From Antedon mediterranea (lineage: Eukaryota > Animalia > Echinodermata), in assembly GCF_964355755.1 (NCBI RefSeq), contig NC_092679.1, forward strand, positions 2,448,201-2,512,200: 64,000 nt of DNA, in the 5' to 3' direction. Shown piece by piece: positions 13,401 to 25,800 of this stretch. Both the position numbers and the translations under genes were made by a program. Every line of letters begins with the position of its first letter. The first letter of the stretch is position 1. The notes below the pieces were generated by a model that was not told where the DNA came from, ran no database searches, and was given only the letters and a program-made list of their open reading frames with translations.

Positions 13401-14513
13401 ATACCAATTGGTAACATTTTAAATTTGTTTTTTCCTCTACATTGTTACTAAAATTACGAAAAATAAACAAAGTAAAATTAATAAAATATTCATAGCAGAA
13501 ATTTGTAATAAGGATTAATTTAATAATGATATTTATTCTCCCGATGTAAGGCTGTAAAGTTGGCAAAGAATTGCTGAATATTATATAAGATGCTAGCATA
13601 TTTTTATATAAATTTTAAACCAGTCTGTGCCTCCTTTTTTGTATTTCTTTTATTCCAGTCCACTCAGGCAGCACTTGTCTCTCTACTTTGTTCAAGTACT
13701 ATAACTTGCACTGATGAAGGGCTATGTGACCCAGATCTAGCATTTTGCTTATTTTATTTTGTACCTCCATTGAGGTCCAACCACTCATACCCACAGCATT
13801 GTCATTTCACTGCTTATTTTATTTTGTACCTTAATTTTTAGTAATTTTCCTTTGGATTTATATAAATTTTAAATAGATAGTTTTTAAATAATTATGTTAT
13901 TGTTGTTTATAGCAATGGATGGGTATATTATAAACTGGATTGAGAGCAAGGCATCGTTTGGAGACAAAGTCAGCCAAGCTAACTACTTAAAAGATCAGTT
14001 CTGGAGTTACGTCAACCGGTAATTTAGTTTCTGTTCTTTAAGGCCGATTTACACAGACGAGCGGTAACGGTAAGCAGATTACCACTGAGCTTGTCCCACT
14101 TACTGTAGAATCTGTATCTATCCTGGGCAGAAACCGTCCGTCTGCTCCATGTTTTCTGTAAACAGTCAAAAGGAGTAACATAGATTCTATTGTATCACCG
14201 CTCGTTTGTGTAAATTGGCCTTTTGTATGAGATTTAGATTTAAACGGCTCTGTGGGAACCTAAGCTACGTGGAAACTTTAAAATTTGGACATTTTGGTGT
14301 CAGATGTATAATAAATGCCCTCTTCCTATCTCAATTTGCAGCTACACAATTTTATCTTACAGATTTGGCTCAGGTCTTGTAATCTATTGGTTTGGATATA
14401 TTGAGGAGTTGGACGTACATAGAGATAGAGGCATCGCACTTGCCCAACATTTCCCAAATTCATTAGTTACATTTAATCCGCTGAAAGTTGAAAATAGGGT
14501 GCATAATAGTTGA
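10466..14513 (+). CDS. CDIN1: CDAN1-interacting nuclease 1 (C15orf41) ortholog, 10 coding exons, 291 aa
   Basis: Exons: 10466-10566, 10745-10855, 11215-11275, 11483-11564, 11926-12005, 13020-13069, 13162-13229, 13345-13410, 13913-14018, 14363-14513. All introns are GT-AG with consistent phases; total 876 nt. The spliced protein has [12 protein letters not shown]..., [59 protein letters not shown] and [26 protein letters not shown]. These match human C15orf41 motifs [18 protein letters not shown] and QFWSYWNRFGPGLVIYW. Confidence 0.97.
11678..11822. mobile_element. MITE family A copy in CDIN1 intron 4, PIF/Harbinger (Tourist)-like
   Basis: TIRs agctctgtctacactatcgaac ... gtttgatagtgtagacagagct, flanked by TTA on both sides (11675-77, 11823-25). 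Confidence 0.88.
13070..13161 (+). other. U12-type (minor spliceosome) GT-AG intron, CDIN1 intron 6, 92 nt
   Basis: The 5' splice site is GTATCCTTT and the branch sequence TCCTTAAC (13143-13150) lies 11 nt before the intron end (AAG). Splicing restores IKH/SVGNEYE, matching human IKHAIGHEHE. Confidence 0.93.
14041..14221. mobile_element. MITE (family B) in CDIN1 intron 9, PIF/Harbinger-like
   Basis: Imperfect TIRs aggccgatttacacagacgagcggt ... accgctcgtttgtgtaaattggcct. Left flank TTA, right flank TTT. Internal inverted tagaatct/agattcta. Confidence 0.75.
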
Positions 14514-15080
14514 AATGGGTCAACTTAACAGGGTGAAGTAGGTGTACACATATATCTTAGCTGCATTATGGGAGTATAAGTGCTTGATCAAAAAATGACC
14601 GGGGTAATGATATGTATAGTCTGGGCTCTTTTAATATTCATATTTCAGAATTTCAAAGACTCAACAACTAAGATGGTGCGCATGCACGTTTAGATAATGT
14701 GTACTTGGGTACATTGATGAAAGTTTCTGAATACGGTATGATAACCTACGTCATTCTTATCGGATGTTTGCGGTCTGCAAATCAATTTCTGTACGTGTTT
14801 CACAAGTCTGTATTTTCAGACAAAAATCGCGGTCGAAATAAAAACAAATAAATTTAAAAAAAGACAATACAGACTTGGGGCAAGTCTATGATATGTACAG
14901 CGCTTAGAGGTTTTACAATATTTAGAAATCCAAGATATTGTTATTACGGTATTATTGTATCCAAACGACATTAACAGCTTTTATTATACTGTATTATATT
15001 GTCTATAACATAAATTTAATATAAATCTTGTTTACATAAATTTGATTGTTTTGTTTGTTTGTGACATTTATTATTTATTT

Positions 15081-15526
15081 ATTACCGCCAAGGAGGTTAT
15101 GTTTTCACCCCTGTATGTGTGTGAACAGCCTGGAGGCCACAATGATCTATGCCTCAAGAGCTTGGATGAGTTCGAATTTGAGGGGAAAAGGTCATAGGTC
15201 AGGGTCACAACTAACAAAAAACTATTTTACTGCCTAGAGACCAGAGTTTTTATCCAAATTTCACCAAACTTAGCCACAATGATCAATGACTCATCATATA
15301 ATTGTGGTTAAATTTTGAAGGGTCAGGGTCAAAGATCAAGGTCCACCAAAAACAAAAACAAAATAATACATAACCATTACACCAAACTCTTATCCACAAC
15401 TTTGTTTATTTACACTTAGAACTAATAAAAAAATAATATAAAAAAATATATATATATTCCGGGGACATTTTATGTAGGGGAATTTTACAGTAGATGGAGG
15501 TTTGTACTCTCGGAGTACCCTCTAGT
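15081..15526 (+). mobile_element. Non-autonomous Helitron/Helentron-like element
   Basis: Starts attaccgccaaggaggttatgttttcacc and ends ggaggtttgtactctcggagtaccctctagt, i.e. a short subterminal hairpin (gtactc-tcg-gagtac) followed by CTAG, the Helitron 3' signature. Internal ggtca-rich motifs. Family assignment is from recalled similarity only. Confidence 0.6.
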
Positions 15527-15659
15527 ACTGGGAGAGGAGGAGGGCATACCATTACAATTTGTAAGGTATATTAGGTCCCCTTATTTACAGATGATGTGAA
15601 TATTCGTGCTTATGAGTCAAAATTTAAGTTGCACAGTAATTTTTTTTAAATCGGTAATA

Positions 15660-18600
15660 AAAATTTTCAAAAAATGGCCAAAATATCAAATATTTTAAAA
15701 ATCAATAATTATGCGATAATATTACCATATATGGCCATATATTGTGTTATCATCATCTTATATGGTCATAGTAACTAGTTTTATCAAAAAATAAAAAGGT
15801 CGAAATTTTGCCATTTTCTCAAAAATCCCTGTACTATAGTACAGGGAAATTGTCGAAATGACCAATTTTCAACACTTTTATTTTTTGACATAAATGGTTA
15901 CTATAGCATAATAAACATGCGCAGAGTCTAATAATGGGTTCTGCGCATGTCAATTATGCTATAGTAACCAGCCCTTTTATTGTTGGACATAAATGGTTAC
16001 TATAGCATAATAAACAAGCGCAGATTCGAATAATGGGTTCTGCGCAAGTCAATTATGCTAAAGTAACCAGTCCTTTTATTTTTGGACATAAATGGTCACT
16101 ATAGCATAATAAACATGCGCAGAGTCGAATAATGGGTTCTGCGCATGTCAATAATGCTATAGTAACCAGTTTTATCGAAAAATAAAAAGGTCAAATTTTG
16201 GCAATTTTCTGAAAAAATCCCTGTACTATAGTACAGGGAAATTTTTGAAAAATAGTCAATTTTCGACCCTTTTATTTTTTGACATAAGTGGTTAAGCATA
16301 ATAAACATGCGCAGAGTCTAATAATGGGTTCTGCGCATGTCAATTATGCTATAGTAACCAGTCATTTTATTTTTGGACATAAATGGTTACTATAGCATAA
16401 TAAACATGCGCAGAGTCGAATAATGGGTTCTGCGCATGTCAATTTTGATATAGTAACCAGTTTTATCGAAAAATAAAAAGGTCGAATTTTGGCAATTTCC
16501 TGAAAAAATCCCTGTACTATAGTACAGGAAAATTTTCGAAAAATAGTCAATATTCGACTCTTTTATTTTTAGACATAAATGGTTACTATAGTATAATAAA
16601 CATGCGCAGAGTCTAATAATGGGTTCTGCGCATGTCAATTATGCTAAAGTAACCAGTCCTTTTATTTTTGGACATAAATGGTCACTATAGCATAATAAAC
16701 ATGCGCAGAGTCGAATAATGGGTTCTGCGCATGTCAATAATGCTATAGTAACCAGTTTTATCGAAAAATAAAAAGGTCAAATTTTGGCAATTTTCTGAAA
16801 AAATCCCTGTACTATAGTACAGGGAAATTTTTGAAAAATAGTCAATTTTCGACCCTTTTATTTTTTGACATAAGTGGTTACTATAGCATAATAAACATGC
16901 GCGGAGTCTAATAATGGGTTCTGCGCATGTCAATTTTGCCATAGTAACCAGTTTTATCGAAAAATAAAAAGGTCGAATTTTGGCAATTTTCTGAAAAAAT
17001 CCCTGTACTATAGTACAGGAAAATTTTCGAAAAATAGTCAATTTTCGACCCTTTTATTTTTTGACATAAATGGTTACTATAGCATAATAAACATGCGCAG
17101 AGTCTAATAATGGGTTCTGCGCATGTCAATTATGCTATAGTAACCAGTCCTTTTATTTTTGGTCATAAATGGTTACTATAGCATAATAAACATGCGCAGA
17201 GTCGAAAAATGGGTTCTGCGCAAGTCAATTATGCTATAGTAACCAGTTTTATCGAAAAATAAAAAGATCGAAATTTGGGCAATTTTTGAAAAAATCCCTG
17301 TACTATAGTACAGGAAATTTTTCGAAAAATAGTCAATTTTCGACCCTTTTATTTTTTGACATAAATGGTTACTATAGCATAATAAACATGCGCAGAGTCT
17401 AATAATGGGTTCTGCGCATGTCAATTATGCTATAGTAACCAGTCATTTTATTTTTGGACATAAATGGTTACTATAGCATAATAAACATGCGCGGAGTCTA
17501 ATAATGGGTTCTGCGCATGTCAATTTTGCCATAGTAACCAGTTTTATCGAAAAATAAAAAGGTCGAATTTTGGCAATTTTCTGAAAAAATCCCTGTACTA
17601 TAGTACAGGAAAATTTTCGAAAAATAGTCAATTTTCGACCCTTTTATTTTTTGACATAAATGGTTACTATAGCATAATAAACATGCGCAGAGTCTAATAA
17701 TGGGTTCTGCGCATGTCAATTATGCTATAGTAACCAGTCCTTTTATTTTTGGTCATAAATGGTTACTATAGCATAATAAACATGCGCAGAGTCGAAAAAT
17801 GGGTTCTGCGCAAGTCAATTATGCTATAGTAACCAGTTTTATCGAAAAATAAAAAGATCGAAATTTGGGCAATTTTTGAAAAAATCCCTGTACTATAGTA
17901 CAGGAAATTTTTCGAAAAATAGTCAATTTTCGACCCTTTTATTTTTTGACATAAATGGTTACTATAGCATAATAAACATGCGCAGAGTCTAATAATGGGT
18001 TCTGCGCATGTCAATTATGCTATAGTAACCAGTCATTTTATTTTTGGACATAAATGGTTACTATAGCATAATAAACATGCGCGGAGTCTAATAATGGGTT
18101 CTGCGCATGTCAATTTTGCCATAGTAACCAGTTTTATCGAAAAATAAAAAGGTCGAATTTTGGCAATTTTCTGAAAAAATCCCTGTACTATAGTACAGGA
18201 AAATTTTCGAAAAATAGTCAATTTTCGACCCTTTTATTTTTTGACATAAATGGTTACTATAGCATAATAAACATGCGCAGAGTTTAATAATGGGTTCTGC
18301 GCATGTCAATTATGCTATAGTAACCAGTCCTTTTATTTTTGGACATAAATGGTTACTAAAGCATAATAAACATGCGCAGAGTCGAAAAATGGGTTCTGCG
18401 CAAGTCAATTATGCTATAGTAACCAGTTTTATCGAAAAATAAAAAGATCGAAATTTGGGCAATTTTTGAAAAAATCCCTGTACTATAGTACAGGAAATTT
18501 TTCGAAAAATAGTCAATTTTCGACCCTTTTATTTTTTGACATAAATGGTTACTATAGCATAATAAACATGCGCAGAGTCTAATAATGGGTTCTGCGCATG

Positions 18601-21600
18601 TCAATTATGCTATAGTAACCAGTCATTTTATTTTTGGACATAAATGGTTACTATAGCATAATAAACATGAGCGGAGTCTAATAATGGGTTCTGCGCAAGT
18701 CAATTATGCTATAGTAACCAGTTTTATCGAAAAATAAAAAGGTCGAATTTTGGCAATTTCCTGAAAAAAATCCCTGTACTATAGTACAGGGAAATTTTCA
18801 AAAAATAGTCAATTTTCGACCCTTTTATTTGTTGACATAAATGGTTACTATAGCATAATAAACATGCGCAGAGTCTAATAATGGGTTCTGCGCATGTCAA
18901 TTATGCTATAGTAACCAGCCCTTTTATTGTTGGACATAAATGGTTACTATAGCATAATAAACATGCGCAGAGTCTAATAATGGGTTCTGCGCATGTCAAT
19001 TATGCTATAGTAACCAGTCCTTTTATTTTTGGACATAAATGGTTACTAAAGCATAATAAACATGCGCAGAGTCGAAAAATGGGTTCTGCGCAAGTCAATT
19101 ATGCTATAGTAACCAGTTTTATCGAAAAATAAAAAGATCGAAATTTGGGCAATTTTTGAAAAAATCCCTGTACTATAGTACAGGAAATTTTTCGAAAAAT
19201 AGTCAATTTTCGACCCTTTTATTTTTTGACATAAATGGTTACTATAGCATAATAAACATGCGCAGAGTCTAATAATGGGTTCTGCGCATGTCAATTATGC
19301 TATAGTAACCAGTCATTTTATTTTTGGACATAAATGGTTACTATAGCATAATAAACATGAGCGGAGTCTAATAATGGGTTCTGCGCAAGTCAATTATGCT
19401 ATAGTAACCAGTTTTATCGAAAAATAAAAAGATCGAAATTTGGGCAATTTTTGAAAAAATCCCTGTACAGGAAAATTTTCGAAAAATAGTCAATTTTCGA
19501 CCCTTTTATTTTTTGACATAAATGGTTACTATAGCATAATAAACATGCGCAGAGTCTAATAATGGGTTCTGCGCATGTCAATTATGCTATAGTAACCAGT
19601 CCTTTTATTTTTGGACATAAATGGTTACTATAGCATAATAAACATGCGCAGAGTCGAAAAATGGGTTCTGCGCAAGTCAATTATGCTATAGTAACCAGTT
19701 TTATCGAAAAATAAAAAGATCGAAATTTGGGCAATTTTTGAAAAAATCCCTGTACTATAGTACAGGAAAATTTTCGAAAAATAGTCAATTTTCGACCCTT
19801 TTATTTTTTGACATAAATGGTTACTATAGCATAATAAACATGCGCAGAGTCTAATAATGGGTTCTGCGCATGTCAATTATGCTATAGTAACCAGTTCTTT
19901 TATTTTTGGACATAAATGGTCACTATAGCATAATAAACATGCGCAGAGTCGACTAATGGGTTCTGCGCATGTCAATTATGCTATAGTAACCAGTTTTATC
20001 GAAAAATTAAAATGTCGAAATTTTGTCATTTTCTGAAAAAATCCCTGTACTATAGTACAGGAAAATTTTCGAAAAATAGTCAATTTTCGACCCTTTTATT
20101 TTTTGACATAAATGGTTACTATAGCATAATAAACATGCGCAGAGTCTAATAATGGGTTCTGCGCATGTCAATTATGCTATAGTAACCAGCCCTTTTATTG
20201 TTGGACATAAATGGTTACTATAGCATAATAAACAAGCGCAGATTCGAATAATGGGTTCTGCGCAATTCAATTATGCTATAGTAACCAGTTTTATCGAAAA
20301 ATAAAAAGGTCAAATTTTGGCAATTTTCTGAAAAAATCCCTGTACTATAGTACAGGGAAATTTTTGAAAAATAGTCAATTTTCGACCCTTTTATTTTTTG
20401 ACATAAGTGGTTACTATAGCATAATAAACATGCGCAGAGTCTAATAATGGGTACTGCGCATGTCAATTATGCTATAGTAACCAGTTTTATCGAAAAATAA
20501 AAAGGTCGAATTTTGGCAATTTTCTGAAAAAATCCCTGTACTATAGTACAGGAAAATTTTCGAAAAATAGTCAATTTTCGACCCTTTTATTTTTTGACAT
20601 AAATGGTTACTATAGCATAATAAACATGCGCAGAGTCTAATAATGGGTTCTGCGCATGTCAATTATGCTATAGTAACCAGTCCTTTTATTTTTGGACATA
20701 AATGGTTACTATAGCATAATAAACATGCGCAGAGTCGAAAAATGGGTTCTGCGCAAGTCAATTATGCTATAGTAACCAGTTTTATCGAAAAATAAAAGGA
20801 TCGAAATTTGGGCAATTTTTGAAAAAATCCCTGTATTATAGTACAGGAAATTTTTCGAAAAATAGTCAATTTTCGACCCTTTTATTTTTTGACATAAATG
20901 GTTACTATAGCATAATAAACATGCGCAGAGTCTAATAATGGGTTCTGCGCATGTCAATTATGCTATAGTAACCAGTCCTTTTATTTTTGGACATAAATGG
21001 TCACTATAGCATAATAAACATGCGCAGAGTCGACTAATGGGTTCTGCGCATGTCAATTATGCTATAGTAACCAGTTTTATCGAAAAATAAAAATGTCGAA
21101 ATTTTGTCATTTTCTGAAAAAATCCCTGTACTATAGTACAGGAAAATTTTCGAAAAATAGTCAATTTTCGACCCTTTTATTTTTTGACATAAATGGTTAC
21201 TATAGCATAATAAACATGCGCAGAGTCTAATAATGGGTTCTGCGCATGTCAATTATGCTATAGTAACCAGTCCTTTTATTTTTGGACACAAATGGTTACT
21301 ATAGCATAATAAACATGCGCAGAGTCGAAAAATGGGTTCTGCGCAAGTCAATTATGCTATAGTAACCAGTTTTATCGAAAAATAAAAAGATCGAAATTTG
21401 GGCAATTTTTGAAAAAATCCCTGTACTATAGTACAGGAAATTTTTCGAAAAATAGTCAATTTTCGACCCTTTTATTTTTTGACATAAATGGTTACTATAG
21501 CATAATAAACATGCGCAGAGTCTAATAATGGGTTCTGCGCATGTCAATTATGCTATAGTAACCAGTCCTTTTATTTTTGGACATAAATGGTCACTATAGC

Positions 21601-22342
21601 ATAATAAACATGCGCAGAGTCTAATAATGGGTTCTGCGCATGTCAATTTTGCCATAGTAACCAGTTTTATCGAAAAATAAAAAGGTCGAATATTGGCAAT
21701 TTTCTGAAAAAATCCCTGTACTATAGTACAGGAAAATTTTCGAAAAATAGTCAATTTTCGACCCTTTTATTTGTTGACATAAATGGTTACTATAGCATAA
21801 TAAACATGCGCAGAGTCTAATAATGGGTTCTGCGCATGTCAATTATGCTATAGTAACCAGTCATTTTATTTTTGGACATAAATGGTTACTATAGCATAAT
21901 AAACATGCGCGGAGTCGAATAATGGGTTCTGCGCATGTCAATAATGCTATAGTAACCAGTTTTATCGAAAAATAAAAAGGTCAAATTTTGGCAATTTTCT
22001 GAAAAAATCCCTGTACTATAGTACAGGAAAATTTTCGAAAAATAGTCAATTTTCGACCCTTTTATTTTTTGACATAAATGGTTACTATAGCATAATAAAC
22101 AGGCGCAGAGTCTAATAATGGGTTCTGCGCATGTCAATTATGCTATAGTAACCAGTCATTTTATTTTTGGACATAAATGGTTACTATAGCATAATAAACA
22201 TGCGCAGAGTCGAATAATGGGTTCTGCGCATGTCAATTATGCTATAGTAACCAGTTTTATCGAAAAATAAAAAGATCGAAATTTTGTCATTTTCTGAAAA
22301 AATACCTGTACTATAGTAGGCCTACAGGGAAATTTTCGAAAC
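15660..22342. repeat. Satellite 1: tandem array of fold-back MITE-like units (99, 196, 295 and 590-bp periods)
   Basis: A ~76-bp palindromic core tggttactatagcataataaacatgcgcaga-N14-tctgcgcatgtcaattatgctatagtaacca alternates with a ~23-bp linker or a ~120-bp linker containing the palindrome cctgtactatagtacagg (~23 occurrences by eye). ORF-track offsets of 590 bp (17176, 17766, 18356) confirm the periodicity. Confidence 0.97.
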
Positions 22343-22761
22343 ATTTTTTGACAAGATCGCCTAAAATTTATAATTTAAATCTACGATACTTAGTATTGTA
22401 TATTCAGGAATAGCCGCTCCATAGTCTCTTTGCTTTTCTTCCTTATATCTTATTCTTATTAACTCAAAATTATTTTTACTAACAAACATTACTATTTGTA
22501 TGCCTACGCTAGTGTGTAAACATTATTGACATAATTTCATAAACATCTTCATGTCGTACAACTACTCGTAACATTTTTCTCAACTTTCTATCATCTAAAA
22601 GTCGTAGTTAGTCATGCCTCGGGTCACATTCTATGGTCACCGTACAGGTAGGCTACTACATTAGTACTTCTATGAATGGATGACTAGCCGGTGACAATAA
22701 CGCTAGTTGGTCATACCCAGTACCGTTTTGATTTTACGATCATTCGGGAAACCACATCACG

Positions 22762-22863
22762 ATGATCATATATTGCTTTATCATCACCTTGTTGTACCAT
22801 AGACACCGGTTTTATCGAAAAATAAAAGTGTCGAAAAATTGCCATTTTTAGAAAAAATCTGTA
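22762..22863. mobile_element. Right half of a satellite-1-related MITE, abutting satellite 2
   Basis: atgatcatatattgctttatcatcacctt...ccatagacacc.gttttatcgaaaaataaaag.gtcgaaaaattgccattttt.gaaaaaatc is a near-identical direct repeat of ~45912-46010. Confidence 0.75.
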
Positions 22864-25800
22864 ACAAATGGGTTAAAAAATATACTATAAAAATGTATTT
22901 CTTATTTTATTTTAAAAATCACGAGTCTCCTCTCCTTAATTGCCTAAGTCACACAGCTGACTTAGGCAGAAACACAAAAAGTGATCTGAGATCTGAGAAA
23001 CACAAAAATATAGTATATTGATATAAGCAGTGAGTTAGGCAGAAAAAAAAAAGTATGACTTAGACACTTTTGTTATGAGGCTGTCGATTTCATCTATATA
23101 CAAAAAATGCTACCTTTAAGTAACAAAATTTAATAGCATCAGCTCTTCGGATTAAAATTAACACTGATGATTTTAGAAAAAGAAAGTAGCAATAAAAGAA
23201 AAAGAATATGTAACAAATGGGTTGAAAAATATACTATAAAAATGTACTTCTTATTTTATTTAAAAAATCATGAGTCTCCTCTCCTTAATTGCCTAAGTCA
23301 CACAGATGACTTAGGTAGAAACACAAAAAACGATCTGAGCATGTGCAAATGTATATAAAAGCACTCAGATAATGTACAGAGGGCAGTATAATGATATAAG
23401 CAGTGAGTTAGGCAGATCATAAGTCAGCTCTCCTTAATTGCCTAAGTCACACAGCTGACTTAGGCAGAAACACAAAAAATATAGTATATTGATATAAGCA
23501 GTGAGTTAGGCAGAAAAACAAAACAAAAATTATGACTTAGACATTTTTTTATGAGGCTGTCCATATCATCTATATACAAAAAATGCTACCTTTAAGTAAC
23601 AAAATTTAATAGCATCAGCTCTTCGGATTAAAATTAACACTGATGATTTTAGAAAAGGAAAGTAGCAATAGAAGAGAAAGAATTTGTAACAAATGGGTTA
23701 AAAAATATACTATAAAAATGTATTTCTTATTTTATTTGAAAAATCATGAGTCTCCTCTCCTTAATTGCCTAAGTCACACAGCTGACTTAGGCAGAAACAC
23801 AAAAACGATCTGAGCATGTGCAAATGTATATAAAAGCACTCAGATAATGTACAGAGGGCAGTATAATGATATAAGCAGTGAGTTAGGCAGATCATAAATC
23901 AGCTCTTCTTAATTGCCTAAGTCACACAGCTGAGTTATGCAGAAACACAAAAAACAATCTGAGCATGTACAAATGTATATAAAAGCACTCAGATAATGTA
24001 CAGAGGGCAGTATAATGATATAAGCAGTGAGTTAGGCAGATCATAAGTCAGCTCTCCTTAATTGCCTAAGTCACACAGTTTACTTAGGCAGAAACACAAA
24101 CAATATAGTATATTGATATAACCAGTGATTTAGGCAGAAAAACAAAACAAAAATTATGACTTAGACACTTTTGTTATGAGGCTGTCCATATCATCTATAT
24201 ACAAAAAATGCTACCTTTAAGTAACAAAATTTAGTAGCATCAGCTCTTTGGATTAAAATTAACACTGATGATTTTAGAAAAAGAAAGTAGCAATAAAAGA
24301 GAAAGAATTTGTAACAAATGGGTTAAAAAATATACTATAAAAATGTATTTCTTATTTTATTTGAAAAATCATGAGTCTCCTCTCCTTAATTGCCTAAGTC
24401 ACACAGCTGACTTAGGCAGAAACACAAAAACGATCTGAGCATGTGCAAATGTATATAAAAGCACTCAGATAATGTACAGAGGGCAGTATAATGATATAAG
24501 CAGTGAGTTAGGCAGATCATAAGTCAGCTCTCCTTAATTGCCTAAGTCACACAGCTGACTTAGGCAGAAACACAAAAAATATAGTATAATGATATAAGCA
24601 GTGAGTTAGGCAGAAAAACAAACAAAAATTATGACTTAGACACTTTAGTTATGAGGCTGTCGATATCATCTATATACAAAAAATGCTACCTTTAAGTAAC
24701 AAAATTTAATAGCATCAGCTCTTCGGATTAAAATTAACACTGATGATTTTAGAAAAGGAAAGTAGCAATAAAAAAGAAAGAATTTGTAACAAATGGGTTA
24801 AAAAATTAACTATAAAAATGTATTTCTTATTTTATTTAAAAAATCATGACTCTCCTCTCCTTAATTGCCTAAGTCACACAGCTGACTTAGGCAGAAACAC
24901 AAAAAACGATCTGAGCATGTGCAAATGTATATAAAAGCACTCAGATAATGTACAGAGGGCAGTATAATGATATAAGCAGTGAGTTAGGCAGATCATAAGT
25001 CAGCTCTCCTTAATTGCCTAAGTCACACGGCTGACTTAGGCAGAAACACAAAAAATATAGTATATTGATATAATCAGTGAGTTAGGCAGAAAAACAAAAC
25101 AAAAATTATGACTTAGACATATTTTTATGAGGCTGTCCATATCATCTATATACCAAAAATGCTACCTTTAAGTAGCAAAATTTAATACCATCAGCTCTTC
25201 GGATTAAAATTAACACTGATGATTTTAGAAAAGGAAAGTAGCCATAAAAGAGAAAGAATTTGTAACAAATGGGTTAAAAAATATACTATAAAAATGTATT
25301 TCTTATTTTATTTAAAAAATCATGAGTCTCCTCTCCTTAATTGCCTAAGTCACACAGCTGACTTAGGCAGAAACACAAAAAACAATCTGAGCATGTACAA
25401 ATGTATATAAAAGCACTCAGATAATGTACAGAGGGCAGTATAATAATATAAGCAATGAGTTAGGCAGATCTCAAGTAAGCTCTCCTTAATTTCCTAAGTC
25501 ACACAGCTGACTTAGGCAGAAACACAAAAAATATAGTATAATGATATAAGCAGTGAGTTAGGCAGAAAAACAAAAAAAAATTATGACTTAGACACTTTAG
25601 TTATGAGGCTGTCGATATCATCTATATACAAAAAATGCTACCTTTTAGTAACAAAATTTAATAGCATCAGCTCTTCGGATTAGAATTAACACTGATGATT
25701 TTAGAAAAAGAAAGTAGCAATAAAAGAGAAAGAATTTGTAACAAATGGGTTAAAAAATATACTATAAAAATGTATTTCTTATTTTATTTAAAAAATCATG

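Noticed and set aside
16099-22137. Family of repeated 62-118-aa ORFs (MTCAEPIIRLCAC...)
   Set aside because: Satellite-1 translations with non-ATG starts and frame-breaking variants between copies; not a tandem gene family.
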